8,261 nucleotides of DNA from Amoeboradix gromovi X-113 (lineage: Eukaryota > Fungi > Sanchytriomycota). Under the pieces are notes generated by a model, which saw only the letters and a program-made list of their open reading frames with translations, was not told the origin of the DNA and ran no database searches. Below, in pieces: positions 7,328 to 8,261 of this stretch. The stretch's first letter is position 1. Every line of letters starts with the position of its first letter. The stretch lies in assembly GCA_018985225.1 (NCBI GenBank), contig JADGIF010000452.1, forward strand, positions 1-8,261. Reading direction: 5' to 3'. The position numbers and the translations under genes were made by a program.

Positions 7328-8261
7328 CCTAGGAGAATTGAGATCAAGGAGACCCGCAAAAACATAAGAGGCTCTGCTCTTTGAAAACTAAATGCGGTAG
7401 TAAAAGAGAATTGCAAAAATCAAAAGAAGCGCTAGTTTATTTGCTCTCAAAACCCCAATACCATCCGACTCCTGCTAAAAGTTGTAGTCTGCAAGAAAAT
7501 CAAGAATTTCCACAGATAAATTGACAAAACTGGTCGCTGTTTCTCTTTAGCTCCTAACGCTTCCACTTATATAATGTCAGATTGAATAGAGATGCTTGTA
7601 CTTGAAGCGCGCGTGACGAGTCACTAAACATTTGGTTCATCAAATATAAAAACTAGACTAACTTTCTGAAGTAGTTTGAATCATTATTTTAAGTGTGTAT
7701 TAACCGATAGTAAATTAAATTAATCAGATTGGTTGCATATTTTGCTTAGACACTCAAAGACCTTATTTGAAAGAGATAGTGGGTCATCTTGTTATATTCT
7801 AAATAGGGGAATGACATTAATGAAAGAAAATTGGTTTGGAAGAAGGACTTTTGTTAATAACAGTATTTCCTCCATATGGAGCACCTCCTTTAAAAACGAC
7901 TTGGCCTGGTTTTTATATTTGGTGTTCCAATTATATTACCGTAGGAAGATGACCTTTGGAAATGTAGAGTTCGAGTATTCCCTGCAGATCATTTATTGAA
8001 TTAAAACCAGTAACTTTAGGACCTACTTATGCAGCTCGATTGTTTTCTTGAATAAATCATTTTTCGCGAATTTGTATGCATTTTTGTATAATTTCAAGAC
8101 TTTTCCAATAGCTTAAACACTCGATGTTCCTCCTTTTCACTAGTGGTAAATGGAACAAATAGATGTAATCCTGAACATGTCAAATCTAAAGAAATAACTA
8201 GCAGGTACAGCATAAAAAGACATATGATCTTATATTCTTACCATCGTTTAATACTAGTCAA

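Noticed and set aside
7733-7999. 88-aa plus-strand ORF
   Set aside because: TTG start, no recognisable domain, probably spurious.
7690-8200. Alternative genetic code (TAA/TAG read-through) to explain interrupted frames
   Set aside because: The four clear genes have no internal stops and end at TAA, TGA or TAG where expected.
135-8258. 12-bp direct repeat TTTAATACTAGT at 135-146 and 8247-8258, appearing to flank the gene block
   Set aside because: AT-rich 12-mer matches are expected by chance in 8 kb of this composition. There is no transposase or integrase, and the enclosed genes are housekeeping.

Overview
AT-rich, gene-dense, intron-poor eukaryotic DNA. The gene set (fungal-type division-2 chitin synthase architecture, the ciliary kinase AK7 and mitochondrial COQ10) points to a compact, fast-evolving zoosporic fungus or close relative such as a sanchytrid, chytrid or Rozella-like organism. 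That assignment is inference only. Four genes are recognisable. On the + strand is a class V/VII-type chitin synthase homolog (TM, cytochrome b5-like, GT2, TM, DEK_C) with no myosin head, in which the catalytic motifs appear eroded, so it is probably a pseudoenzyme. On the - strand is a tight tandem run of COQ10, a shrunken AK7 (P-loop plus Dpy-30) and RRP1/Nop52 with an RRP1B-like PP1-docking tail. Three ORF-track starts (1226, 5346, 6815) are TTG, so I use the first in-frame ATG. The flanks contain an ~85-nt hairpin, a canonical RFX X-box, candidate introns and decayed coding-like sequence. All family assignments come from motif recognition by eye; no searches were run.
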